Shown one piece after another: positions 1-10,500 of a stretch of 64,000 bases of DNA. The stretch is from positions 6,047-70,046 of the IMG/VR virus record IMGVR_UViG_3300022752_003244; one strand, given 5' to 3'. The translations under genes and the position numbers were made by a program. Each line of letters opens with the position of its first letter. Positions within the stretch are counted from its first letter, which is position 1. The notes beneath the pieces are model-generated. The model was given only the letters and a program-made list of their open reading frames with translations. It did not search any database and was not told where the DNA came from. Source of the DNA: a virus.

Positions 1-176
1 TCTCTGTTAGCAACTGCAGTATTGTCTTCGGGAAATCTTTTAAGAAACCAGTCGTAATACTTATTAAATTGGTTATAAACATTTGGATTACTTTTTTTAC
101 ATTCATCCAAATCCTTACAACCCCCAACGGTTTCGATGTCAAGAAATAAGATTTTTGTTAATGGTGTTTTTATCAT
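1..176 (-). CDS. 3'-5' exonuclease, DEDD/PolB-exo-like (N-terminal part; runs off window)
   Basis: Read by hand: ATG at 176 gives MIKTPLTKILFLDIETVGG...; FLDIET is an ExoI motif; not in the ORF track. Confidence 0.7.
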   Translation of the reverse strand, partial: MIKTPLTKILFLDIETVGGCKDLDECKKSNPNVYNQFNKYYDWFLKRFPEDNTAVANR

Positions 177-180
177 ATTA

Positions 181-1395
181 TTATTTTAAAAGTGACAAAT
201 AAAATTCGCGTCTGTTTTTTGTTACCGTGTTTAAATCATATGTGTCCTTTACGGTCTCATATAATCTTTCACCCATATCTTTAACCAAATTGGGGTTCTT
301 AACCATCTTCTCAATATACTTAGCCCAATCAGTATGGTTTCTATTTTCATCAACCAAAAGAGCGTTTCCGTCCACAAAGTTACCATTTTTTAAGCAATGT
401 TTCAAATCAATTGTATAAGGTCCGATATTTGACGCAATTATCGCCTTCTTATAAAATCCTGACTCAATAACTTTTAATTGAGATTTAACCCGATTAAAGA
501 TATGATTTTTGATTGGTGCCAAAGATACGTCAAATTTTGAATAATTCTTCGCATATGATGTAACAGGTTTCGTCCAAACTCTAACATAACCCTCATTTTC
601 AAGACCATCATACTGTTCGTCTTTAAAATTATCTAAAAACTTTTTATATTCCGGACTAACATTTGAATAATTCTGTGTAAATATTTTCTCATATTCCGCC
701 CAAACCGTTTCGTGAGGTAAGATATTTCTTTTCTTTTGCTCTCCGGTTTGTTGATTAATTTCTGTCATCGTTCCTCTTGTATCAAAACCACACAAAACAT
801 ATTGTAACTTATCGTTATATTGTGATAATTTGCTAAATGATTGGTCTAACAATTGTAAATCGTGTAAGTGAGAAGAACCTCCAAGCCAACCAACCCTTAA
901 TCTATCCGACTCTAACGTTGGTTCTCTAAATTGTGCTTCTTTTGGATTAATGGCGTTTGGAAAAATGGCAACATTAGGGTTAATTTTTCTAATCTCTTCC
1001 GCAAATATTGTTGTAGTTGTGGTTACATATTTTGCAACTCTAAGATTGGCAACAATTTTTTCATTTATCTTATTAACTCTAATAATGTCGTGTATTGGAT
1101 GTTCCTTTCCCGGTAACCAATAATCATCGATATCCGCAACTGTAACAACACCCATTGAGTTTAATTTCTCTATTAGTTGTACCGACTTCTCAAAGTCCGA
1201 CCCAATACTTCTATGAAATACTACAATTGGATATTCCTTCCAAAAATTCATGTCGTCCATATTTGGTTCGTAGATGATATCAACATGAAACTCATCACCA
1301 TAAAGGTTCTGTAAGAAAATGTGGGGGTCAACACTTCTGAATTTTCCAACTCCGGTTCTATCCGATGGGACAACTAATACTTTAATTTTTGACAT
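181..1395 (-). CDS. GT-B fold (GT4-like) glycosyltransferase
   Basis: GVGKFR, DIDDYW, VGWLGGSSH, APIK..FNRVKSQLKVIESG, IASNIGPY motifs; likely start MSKIKVLVV at 1395 rather than 1455. Confidence 0.8.
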   Translation of the reverse strand: MSKIKVLVVPSDRTGVGKFRSVDPHIFLQNLYGDEFHVDIIYEPNMDDMNFWKEYPIVVFHRSIGSDFEKSVQLIEKLNSMGVVTVADIDDYWLPGKEHPIHDIIRVNKINEKIVANLRVAKYVTTTTTIFAEEIRKINPNVAIFPNAINPKEAQFREPTLESDRLRVGWLGGSSHLHDLQLLDQSFSKLSQYNDKLQYVLCGFDTRGTMTEINQQTGEQKKRNILPHETVWAEYEKIFTQNYSNVSPEYKKFLDNFKDEQYDGLENEGYVRVWTKPVTSYAKNYSKFDVSLAPIKNHIFNRVKSQLKVIESGFYKKAIIASNIGPYTIDLKHCLKNGNFVDGNALLVDENRNHTDWAKYIEKMVKNPNLVKDMGERLYETVKDTYDLNTVTKNRREFYLSLLK

Positions 1396-1506
1396 ATTTT
1401 TGATTATATTTTTAATATAATTTGGGTTTTTTATATTACAATCCCAAATTATCATTAAATGATAACCATAATTTTTAATTAATTCAAGTTATTTCACATA
1501 TAAAAT

Positions 1507-1535
1507 AAAAAACCCCCACCGGTTAGAGTGAGGGT
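1507..1535 (-). terminator. Rho-independent terminator
   Basis: Minus strand ACCCTCAC-loop-GTGGGGGT followed by a T-run, after the 1559..2161 gene. Confidence 0.6.
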
Positions 1536-1558
1536 GTATGATAATAATAAATTATATT

Positions 1559-2161
1559 TTAAGACAATTTTTTAATTTTTGTCACCTTACCTTCAAAAAT
1601 ATGTTTTCCAACTTTAAAAGTAAAAACTTCATTAGTCTTTTCTGTTGATTCCACCAATAATCCGTTTTCTTTTAAAGCGTTGTTTACTGCGGATTCAATC
1701 ATTTTTTGAATTTTTCCGTAGTTAATTCCTTCCGATTGTTCGACAATTTTTTTGGTTGGTTTTGCGGATTCAGGGACATAACCTGACTTATTGTCTTTCA
1801 TAAGTCTTGCCGCCTTTTCAATTAACTCGTTAGATAACGTTGTTGTTTGTTGCTGTGGTTGTGCGATTGGATGTTCCATCATTAACCTTTTAATTTCGTC
1901 AGGTAGTTTTGAATTTTTAATTGCGTCTACCGTTGGAAGTCCCACCGGTTTTGTTGGGTTTGATGTGTATTGTTGTTGAATTGGGGTTTGTTCCGACAGA
2001 TATTCTTGCGGAATATTATATTTTACTGAGGGTTGACTATATTCATAATCCTCATCAAATTGTTGAGGTATATTTCTTCCTCCATTTATTTTTTTTCCGT
2101 CTGATTTATCCATTATCGCTTTAGACATCACCAGTTTTTGCATTAATTCTTGTTCGTTCAT
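1559..2161 (-). CDS. hypothetical protein
   Basis: 200-aa ORF in a tightly packed minus-strand operon; Q/P-rich middle. Confidence 0.7.
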   Translation of the reverse strand: MNEQELMQKLVMSKAIMDKSDGKKINGGRNIPQQFDEDYEYSQPSVKYNIPQEYLSEQTPIQQQYTSNPTKPVGLPTVDAIKNSKLPDEIKRLMMEHPIAQPQQQTTTLSNELIEKAARLMKDNKSGYVPESAKPTKKIVEQSEGINYGKIQKMIESAVNNALKENGLLVESTEKTNEVFTFKVGKHIFEGKVTKIKKLS

Positions 2162-2164
2162 AAT

Positions 2165-2545
2165 TTAGTATTTTGCTATAAGTATAACATTAATCATTGA
2201 TTTGTCACCATTTGGATTAAAATTTGGTCTAACTTCTGTAAAATTTTCTCCCGTTGGTTTCAACGTCATTATTTTATCCAACCTAAACATTCTCCATCCC
2301 GGTAATGGTCTTTCCCCTGTAAATCCTCTATGAGACGCCCCTTCCTCGTCCCAAGCCCGTAAAACCTTGTTACCTCTTTTACTTGTACCTAAACAAATTG
2401 GTTCAATTTGGCGTATACCCTTACCACCAGGTTCATCACCATCGTAGTAGATTATACACTTTTTTTTGTTCTTAATTGCATCTATGATACCATCATAAGA
2501 AGCGATTTCACAAATTAAACTTTTTAATGTTTCTTGTAATTTCAT
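2165..2545 (-). CDS. stand-alone WYL-domain protein
   Basis: IIYY...RQIEP..LG...LRAW...GWRMFRLDKI pattern typical of WYL domains; no HTH. Confidence 0.75.
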   Translation of the reverse strand: MKLQETLKSLICEIASYDGIIDAIKNKKKCIIYYDGDEPGGKGIRQIEPICLGTSKRGNKVLRAWDEEGASHRGFTGERPLPGWRMFRLDKIMTLKPTGENFTEVRPNFNPNGDKSMINVILIAKY

Positions 2546-2844
2546 TATAGTTGAAAATTAGGATACCCGTTTGATGAGTTATATTTGTTAATTCTTATTT
2601 CTGAGACTCTCTCCGAGATATCTTCCCTTGTTCCAACTTGATTATTGTAGACATCCAAAAAAACCCCGGTTCCTCTACCTTTTGAGTCACCATCCGCTAA
2701 TGCGTTTGGGTTTGTTGCAGAATATTCATCACCGGTTTGAACGTATTCATTTTTTGGTAATAGTCTCGCCCTTTCCCTATCTGCAATTGCTGTTAATTGA
2801 TTTGGAACGTCTTGACTTAAATCAGTTGCTAATTCGTTTGCCAT
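2545..2844 (-). CDS. hypothetical protein (possibly structural)
   Basis: 99-aa ORF; stop overlaps next start. Confidence 0.7.
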   Translation of the reverse strand: MANELATDLSQDVPNQLTAIADRERARLLPKNEYVQTGDEYSATNPNALADGDSKGRGTGVFLDVYNNQVGTREDISERVSEIRINKYNSSNGYPNFQL

Positions 2845-2848
2845 TTTT

Positions 2849-3313
2849 TTAAATTTTAGATATTAATTCGTTTATTCTTTTTAAACTTTCTGTGACCGCC
2901 GCATTATATTTGTCTACGGTTCTTGAATGTTCTTTTGAAGGTCTAACATCAATACCATCTTTACTATGTGTTTTGATGTGTTGATTTTGCATTCCCGTCT
3001 CGGATTTATTTTTTGCGGTCATCGCGATTCCTTGTCTTAATCTTCGTAATTCATTATTAACCCAAGTTTTCATTTCAATACCACCATTTAATATAAATTC
3101 CGGTGTTGTTTGTTTTCCTTTATAATTATCGAAAAAGTTCTTTATTCTTTTTAATTGTTTATAAGTTATTGTTTTTTTACCCTGTAATTCTTGATTTCTC
3201 TTATAACCTTCTGTAGTTTTATCGGCATCCTTAACCTTCAAGAAGCATACTCTCATATGTTCTCTTTTGTCATCCGGGAAAATAACTTTTTCGTCGTAAA
3301 TTTTATTATTCAC
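2849..3313 (-). CDS. hypothetical protein
   Basis: 154-aa basic ORF in the operon. Confidence 0.7.
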   Translation of the reverse strand: MNNKIYDEKVIFPDDKREHMRVCFLKVKDADKTTEGYKRNQELQGKKTITYKQLKRIKNFFDNYKGKQTTPEFILNGGIEMKTWVNNELRRLRQGIAMTAKNKSETGMQNQHIKTHSKDGIDVRPSKEHSRTVDKYNAAVTESLKRINELISKI

Positions 3314-4154
3314 TTTTTAACATTTTAATTAATTCACCCACAGAAATACCATCTTTTTCCGCTTGTTTTTTTAATGTATTAATATTTTTTTTAACTATAT
3401 TTGAAGCCTTCTTTGGTTCTTTATCACTTATATCAGAGTCCTTACTTTTTTTATTAACCAAAATATCTTCTAAAACTTTAATCATTTTTTGTTTTTGGAT
3501 TTCGGACAATGTTGCTCTGGTGATAAAATTTGGGTCTTTTACTTTTTTTATTTTCCCACGTTTTGTTATAACTTTTTTATACTTATATTTTGATTTCTCA
3601 TCTTTTTTTCCTGATGGGTCTTTTCCTTGTTGTTTTGTTCTTTTTTTTGCCTCATCAGGCTCCATCTCTAAATTTTTAACAAAAAACTTAAACGTTTCTT
3701 TACCATCCAAATCTTTTGTTTCCTCATACCCAAACGCATCCGACATATCAGTTTCATCAATCTCAGATTCACGAAAATATGTTCTGTAACCTCTTCTTAG
3801 TGGGTCATTTGTTATAGTTGCAGCGGCAACCGTTTGGTCCATTGTCTTTTTTGGATGTAATCTTGGGTCTAAAATGGGTGTTTTTAAATTACCAATTGCC
3901 CCATCAAGGTTTACAAGTTCTTCCAATTCGTCTTTAACTTCTTTTTGGGCTGGCGGTTTTTTTGACTTTAACAAATTTTTTAAAAATTTCTTAACATCTT
4001 GTTCTTTTTCTCTAACAAAACTAACAACATCATCTTTTTGTCTCGCTTCATTTAAAGTATTAGCAATAGAAAAATAAAGGTAATATTTATTATTAGTTTC
4101 TTTTAGGAAAAAATAATATGGTGCTGAAAAAAATTCTTTATTCTTATCAATCAT
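3306..4154 (-). CDS. hypothetical protein
   Basis: 282-aa K/E-rich ORF, first gene of the minus-strand operon, TATTTAT upstream. Confidence 0.7.
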   Translation of the reverse strand: MIDKNKEFFSAPYYFFLKETNNKYYLYFSIANTLNEARQKDDVVSFVREKEQDVKKFLKNLLKSKKPPAQKEVKDELEELVNLDGAIGNLKTPILDPRLHPKKTMDQTVAAATITNDPLRRGYRTYFRESEIDETDMSDAFGYEETKDLDGKETFKFFVKNLEMEPDEAKKRTKQQGKDPSGKKDEKSKYKYKKVITKRGKIKKVKDPNFITRATLSEIQKQKMIKVLEDILVNKKSKDSDISDKEPKKASNIVKKNINTLKKQAEKDGISVGELIKMLKSE

Positions 4155-4170
4155 TTTTTTTTCTTTTTAT

Positions 4171-4197
4171 ATAAATACTCCATAAAAAAGTATTTAT
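4171..4197. promoter_or_regulatory. back-to-back divergent TATTTAT (putative late) promoters
   Basis: ATAAATACT (4171-4179) and AGTATTTAT (4189-4197) form an inverted pair, each oriented toward its own operon. Confidence 0.6.
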
Positions 4198-4206
4198 CTA
4201 TAACTT

Positions 4207-7200
4207 ATGGCATATCAAAATATAAATCAGTATAATTTTAAAAAAATATATTTAAAACCATACGAATCGGTTACGGATATTTCCTTGGCGTCTGATGAGC
4301 GAGATTATGATAATGAAGTTATCTATTCTCCATTTTTGATTGCGGAAAATGATGGTAATAGAATGCCGATTAAGTTTGATTTTAATGATGACTCAACTTA
4401 CATATGTATAAATTGTGGTGATTTTAGTGTCGATACAATTTTATCACAGAATTATTGGAATCCAAAAAATATAAATTTTGCAACTTGTACCGGAATAACT
4501 GAAATATGTGATGTCGGTTTAACGGGTATTGATAATGGATTGGTTAAAAACTTTAGTGGAGAAACAATAGAAATTAATTCTGGTTTATATAGTTCTTATT
4601 ACGACATTTATAGTCGATATAAATACGATAGGAGGTTTAAAATGCACCCGATTACAGGGTTTACAACACCAATCAATAGAATATATAATGACGATTCATA
4701 TAATTTTTCTTACGACTCAAATAATGATGGTGACTCAGTAGGAACTTATCTAACATTAAGTGGTGGATTTTATCAAGGTTTTTATAAATTACAAGGTTTT
4801 GATTACCAAATTTTACCTGAAAGATATAATTGGGGTTGGACGACGGAAATGTTGTTAAGATATAGATGGACGGGAAATACTGAGGTTGGTTTAAATAAGA
4901 GATACCCCGATAATAAAGGAACCTTCTTTTTTATGGGTTCTAGGGCAGAAAATAAATTTTATCATTTTTCAAATAAACCACCTGTTTTAAATTTTAACGG
5001 TACGTGGAGTTTATACGTTCAGGATTTTGAACCCCCTGATGGTGGAAATATTTCATCTTGTTATTTAACAATTTGTCAAGCGGGGGTTTGTGAAATTTTT
5101 AATTCAAACGAAACAAATATATCAATTCCCGATATTGGGATTGCAAGTGTATATCCAATAACATTTGATGTAACAGGGGTAACAAGTATAGATTCAATTT
5201 CACTAACATTAGTTGATTATTACCACTCATTTCCCGGTGATGTTGGGATGATGTTGGTCGCACCAAATAACTTACATACAATTATTATAGGTGAAAAGGG
5301 GTCACAAAACCCCCAATATAACCCACAAACCGTTACTTTATCGAGTGACTCGACTGAATTATGGGACGGTTGGTCTGGTGGAACATACATAAATGACCCA
5401 TATGCGTATTACGACATGCCATTTGATTCTCCTGCACCGTATCAATTTACAGAAGGGCAATCAACAAGAAACTTAACCGCATATACTAATGCAAGTTTTT
5501 TTGATATTACAAACGATTTAAATTGTTTAAAAACCTGTGCTTGTTCCAATAGTGCGGTAACGAGCTCTGATTGTTTATTTGTTTACCCCCAATCATCAAC
5601 AACAACCTCAAATTGTTCTTGTAATTGTTCGTGTAGTTGTAGTGTAACCATAACCGGTGATACCGAAACTAACCCATTACTTGATTCCGCATCAAATGCT
5701 CTTTCAATAAGATTGAGTGGTGATACGGGAAATCCTAGATTGTGTGTAAAGACATATAGAATAACGGGCGGATGTGAGACAACGGGTAGTTGTGAAACAA
5801 CTGGAATTACATATACTACGGGAACTTCGTTAACGGAGTGGTGTTCGACAAGGGGAATATTTGATGAATGCATAGATACAGAATATATTAATGTGGAACA
5901 TTGGGTTCAAATAGATGCGGTTTTTATTCGAGATACTTATTTGGACGATTGTGATTTAAAATATAAGGGTGGTCTTGCGTTAATAGAAAAAGAGGTATAT
6001 AGAGATTCACTTAATGGAAATAGTGTTGCGTTAATCTCACCTCCGGGTACTCATGAGGAGAATTATGAATATGAGAAAGTTGAGGTGGTTAACATGAATG
6101 AGTATTGGATTGGTGAATCCAACTATAGAAAGGGGAAGTTAAAATTATATGTTAACGGAAAATTATTTTTTGTTGTTGATAATTTTGAAGAAATTATTCC
6201 AAGACCATTGGCGGTCGATAAGGAAAAACAAATTGGAGTGCCGTTTAATATATCAATTGGTGGAGGTACCCAAGGATTGCACGATAATTTAATACCTACG
6301 GGTTGTACTATTGGAGATACTTTACAACAAGACCCAGAGTTATTACCGACAATTATATTGGAGGAAACTGAATATTCTGGTTTGGAAACAAACATATTTT
6401 TGGAGGAATATTTTGGTGGTAGTTTAATTGGAGATATAAGCGCGTTTAGATTTTATGCGGAACCATTAAATGCTGCACAAATAAAACATAACTTTAAATT
6501 ATTAAAGACAAGATATAATTTATTAAACCCTGACTGCCCTAGTTGTGTATTACCTCCACCACCTCCACCTCCAACACCAACAACAACACCAACAAACACT
6601 CCTACACCTACAATGACACCAACTAACACTACAACACCTACAAATACCCCAACAATCACCCCTACTCAATCTATAACACCAACTAATACACCTACAAATA
6701 CTACAACACCAACCAATACTACAACACCTGGATTAACCCCATCAAATACTCCAACACAATCTATAACACCAACTAATACACCAACACCAACTAATACAAC
6801 AACACCTACCAATACTACTACACCTACCAATACTACTACACCAACTAATACAACAACACCAACTAATACAACAACACCAACACAATCTATAACACCAACA
6901 CAATCTATAACACCAACTAATACACCAACACCAACTAATACAACAACACCAACTAATACACCAACATTAACACCAACATCCCCAACAATATACAGGGCAT
7001 ACTTATTTGTGGAACCTCAAACTGGAAGCACAAGTATCGGACAATGGATGTATGACGGAGGTTCGAATTTCTATGGATTTACAAATGACAGTCAACCATC
7101 TCAAAATCAAACATTATTTAATTCTGATATGAATAGATATGTTGATTATGTTGGTTGGACGAATAATGAATTCCCACTTTTACAACAAGTGGTACCACAA

Positions 7201-7548
7201 ACAAATGGAGGGATGGATAGTTACGGTAATCCTATTATTGCATACAATTTCACAACGACTGAGGTTTCTGCAGGTACTGTGACAGGACTTGCGTGGTATA
7301 CTTGGATTATACCTACAATATTAACAAATAATTTGAAACAATATGAAATAGATTTTAACTCAAATGGTAACCCTAATTTATTAACACCGGTAAGAACAGA
7401 ATCAACAATTTACACATATACATTTAATTACACCGGTTCAACAATACCAAACACAACTTACAGGGTTTACACAACATATCCAAATGGATTATTTGAATTG
7501 AATAATAATCAAAATATTTATTTCAGAGGTAATTCTTTAATACCGTAA
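4207..7548 (+). CDS. large virion structural protein: Cys-rich LamG/ConA-like beta domain, inserted P-domain-like module, mucin-like PT stalk, C-terminal domain
   Basis: KLYVNGKL...GDISAFRFYAEPLNAAQIKHNF is LamG-like; many Cys; PTNTTT repeats. Confidence 0.65.
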   Translation: MAYQNINQYNFKKIYLKPYESVTDISLASDERDYDNEVIYSPFLIAENDGNRMPIKFDFNDDSTYICINCGDFSVDTILSQNYWNPKNINFATCTGITEICDVGLTGIDNGLVKNFSGETIEINSGLYSSYYDIYSRYKYDRRFKMHPITGFTTPINRIYNDDSYNFSYDSNNDGDSVGTYLTLSGGFYQGFYKLQGFDYQILPERYNWGWTTEMLLRYRWTGNTEVGLNKRYPDNKGTFFFMGSRAENKFYHFSNKPPVLNFNGTWSLYVQDFEPPDGGNISSCYLTICQAGVCEIFNSNETNISIPDIGIASVYPITFDVTGVTSIDSISLTLVDYYHSFPGDVGMMLVAPNNLHTIIIGEKGSQNPQYNPQTVTLSSDSTELWDGWSGGTYINDPYAYYDMPFDSPAPYQFTEGQSTRNLTAYTNASFFDITNDLNCLKTCACSNSAVTSSDCLFVYPQSSTTTSNCSCNCSCSCSVTITGDTETNPLLDSASNALSIRLSGDTGNPRLCVKTYRITGGCETTGSCETTGITYTTGTSLTEWCSTRGIFDECIDTEYINVEHWVQIDAVFIRDTYLDDCDLKYKGGLALIEKEVYRDSLNGNSVALISPPGTHEENYEYEKVEVVNMNEYWIGESNYRKGKLKLYVNGKLFFVVDNFEEIIPRPLAVDKEKQIGVPFNISIGGGTQGLHDNLIPTGCTIGDTLQQDPELLPTIILEETEYSGLETNIFLEEYFGGSLIGDISAFRFYAEPLNAAQIKHNFKLLKTRYNLLNPDCPSCVLPPPPPPPTPTTTPTNTPTPTMTPTNTTTPTNTPTITPTQSITPTNTPTNTTTPTNTTTPGLTPSNTPTQSITPTNTPTPTNTTTPTNTTTPTNTTTPTNTTTPTNTTTPTQSITPTQSITPTNTPTPTNTTTPTNTPTLTPTSPTIYRAYLFVEPQTGSTSIGQWMYDGGSNFYGFTNDSQPSQNQTLFNSDMNRYVDYVGWTNNEFPLLQQVVPQTNGGMDSYGNPIIAYNFTTTEVSAGTVTGLAWYTWIIPTILTNNLKQYEIDFNSNGNPNLLTPVRTESTIYTYTFNYTGSTIPNTTYRVYTTYPNGLFELNNNQNIYFRGNSLIP
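6553..6987 (+). repeat. intragenic Pro/Thr tandem repeat (PTNTTT, PTQSIT, PTNTPT; ~18-bp units)
   Basis: Degenerate ccaactaatacaacaaca-type units after a poly-Pro run. Confidence 0.95.
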
Positions 7549-7559
7549 AATTTAACTAA

Positions 7560-10500
7560 ATGTCTAATTTATTTTATAAAAACCCATTAACTCCCGTTCA
7601 AGTATCCTCGACGTACACCGTTGGTAGAAATAAACCATTTGGAACAAATTTTAGTGTTCTTGGTATTGGCGGATACATGGAAGTATTTAATTTATCTAAT
7701 TTGGCATTTACCATCCCGGCGGGACAAACAGGGAATATTGAAATAAGTGCCAACACAATTCCAATACATTTTAAAAAAGGAACAGGTAGTGCTTTTTCAT
7801 TTGACGTGTTAACTCTTAATTCAGATAACATTTCTTCAGGTAGAAGAAGATTAGGTATGTTGGTTTATGTATACGAAACAAATAAAATATACCAATATAC
7901 AATTGAGAATTATGATGCTTTGTGGTCTGCAGCAACCGGAGCAACCGGACCTGGTGGTAGTACAGTAGTAATCTCTGATTTTGGAACAACCGTTAAGAAT
8001 AACACAATTGCCGGACAAAATTTTATAAACTCTTGGACTGCATCAACTATTGAAGGTGTAGACGGATATACCAATTTAAATGCGACTTGGAGGGAATTAA
8101 AAACCGGGGGAGGTAGTGGAGGAACGGACACGTATGTTACAGGTTTTACACTATCATCCAATACATTAACATTAACCCAAAATAGGTCAGACCAATACTC
8201 GGCATTTACCATTAGTTTATCGGCATATACCGGTAGTTCATCTACATTGGGAGCGTTCCTACCATTAAGTGGTGGTACGGTGACCGGAAATACAATATTC
8301 CAAAGTGGATTAACGGCGAATACATTAAATGTTACAGGAAATACTTTATTGTCGGGTTTAACCGCAACAACAATATCCGCAACAACCTATTATAATTTAC
8401 CTGTTACCGCAGATACATTTATCACAGGTTTTACATTAAGTTCAAATACAATAACGTTATCACAAAATAGGTTAGACCAATATTCATCATTCACTATTAG
8501 TTTATCCGCATATACAGGCTCATCATCTACATTAGGGGCGTACTTACCATTAAGTGGTGGTACGGTAACGGGTAATACTATATTTAATTCAGGATTAACT
8601 GCAAACACATTAAACGTAACCGGAAATACTTTATTATCAGGTTTAACTGCGGTAACCATATCCGCAACAACGTATCAAAATTTACCTGTAACTGCAGATA
8701 CATTTGTTACCGGTTTTACATTAACCGCAAATACAATAACATTAAGTCAAAACAGAACTGATGGATATTCATCATTCACTATTAGTTTATCTGCATATAC
8801 CGGAAATACATCTGTTAGTGGAAATTACTTACCGTTAAGTGGGGGTACTGTAACGGGAGATACCATATTTCAATCAGGATTAACCGCAAACACTTTAAAT
8901 GTTACAGGAAATACTTTATTATCGGGATTAACCGCAACTACAATATCCTCAACAACATTTATGGGTAGGTACGCCCATTTTGGTACAGGTACCCCATCAC
9001 CATATTTAAGAGGTATTCATAATGTTGAAATAACTGCTTCGGGTTCTACCATACCTCTTGTATTAATTGGTGGTGCTGGTGGGACTGAAATTTGGATTGA
9101 CGATACACCAACAAAGGCCATATGGTTTGGAGCATCGACACCTGGCTCAACATCAGACGGTAATATTCATTTTTCAACATATATTTCAGGACAAAGTTGG
9201 CAAGATAGAATTGTTGTTGATAATGCCACAGGTAATGTGGGTGTGAATGTATCTAATCCAACAAATAAATTACACGTATCCGCAAGTTCAAACCCACTTA
9301 GATTAGTTGGGTTAACCGCAGGTACTGCAGACACAAACTTATTGAGTGTTGATGGAAATGGTGTTGTTCACACTTATCCGTTGTCAGGATTAACTGGTAA
9401 TACGTCTACATCAGGAGCATATCTACCGTTAAGTGGAGGTACGGTAACGGGAAATACAATATTTCAAAGTGGTTTAACCGCAAATACATTAAATGTAACA
9501 GGAAATACTTTATTATCAGGTTTAACCGCAACAACAATATCTGCAACCACTTATTATAATTTACCAGTTACCGCAGATACATTTGTCACCGGATTCACAT
9601 TATCATCCAATACAATAACCCTAACTCAAAACAGAACTGACTCTTATTCTTCATTTACAATTAGTTTATCGGCATATACAGGTTCATCATCTACATCGGG
9701 TGCATACCTCCCATTAAGTGGGGGAACTGTAACGGGTGGCACAATATTCCAAAGTGGTGTAACCGCAAATACAATATCGGCAACAACATATCAAAACTTG
9801 CCGACAGATATCAGAGTTACTGGTGGTACATATACAAACGGAACAATAACATTTACAAATAATACAGGCGGTACATTCAATGTAACAGGACTATCAACAG
9901 GTGGTGGTGGTGGTCAAGTATTTTACTTAAATTTGTCTCAATCAAAAGGTTCAAATAGATATTTAAGTACAACCGCAAGTACAGCATCTCAACAAACATC
10001 GGGTGTTACCATAGCATCAAATGCAACATCATCAATCGCATCATTCCAATCAGACCAATTGGGTCTCACTTTGATTCCTGGTGGTATATGGTCATTTTAT
10101 CTTCATTCATATAAAGAAAATTCAAACGCATCTTTTGATATATTTGTTGAGGTTTATAAAATAACAAGTGGGAGTTCTCAAACATTATTATTTCAAACTG
10201 ACCCAGCCGCAGTTACAACCAATTCCCCAAATCCATCAATGCAATTAACTGATGGTTATTATAGTGGAACAACATTAGATGTAACAGATAGTATTATAGC
10301 AACCGTGAGGGCAACTAATACAGGTAATCAATCTCACGTAATAACCCTTGTAACTGAAGGAACACAATATTATTCATACGGTATTTCAACTTTACCAACA
10401 CAACAAGGATTAACTTGTGATACGTTAAGTGGGTGTTCAATAATTCAAACAATTCAAACAAATATAAGTAATAAATTTGATAAGAGTGGAGGAACAGTTA

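Noticed and set aside
6553-6987. Possible CRISPR array or non-coding tandem repeat
   Set aside because: Units are in-frame codon repeats of about 18 bp with synonymous variation and no unique spacers; this is a Pro/Thr protein linker
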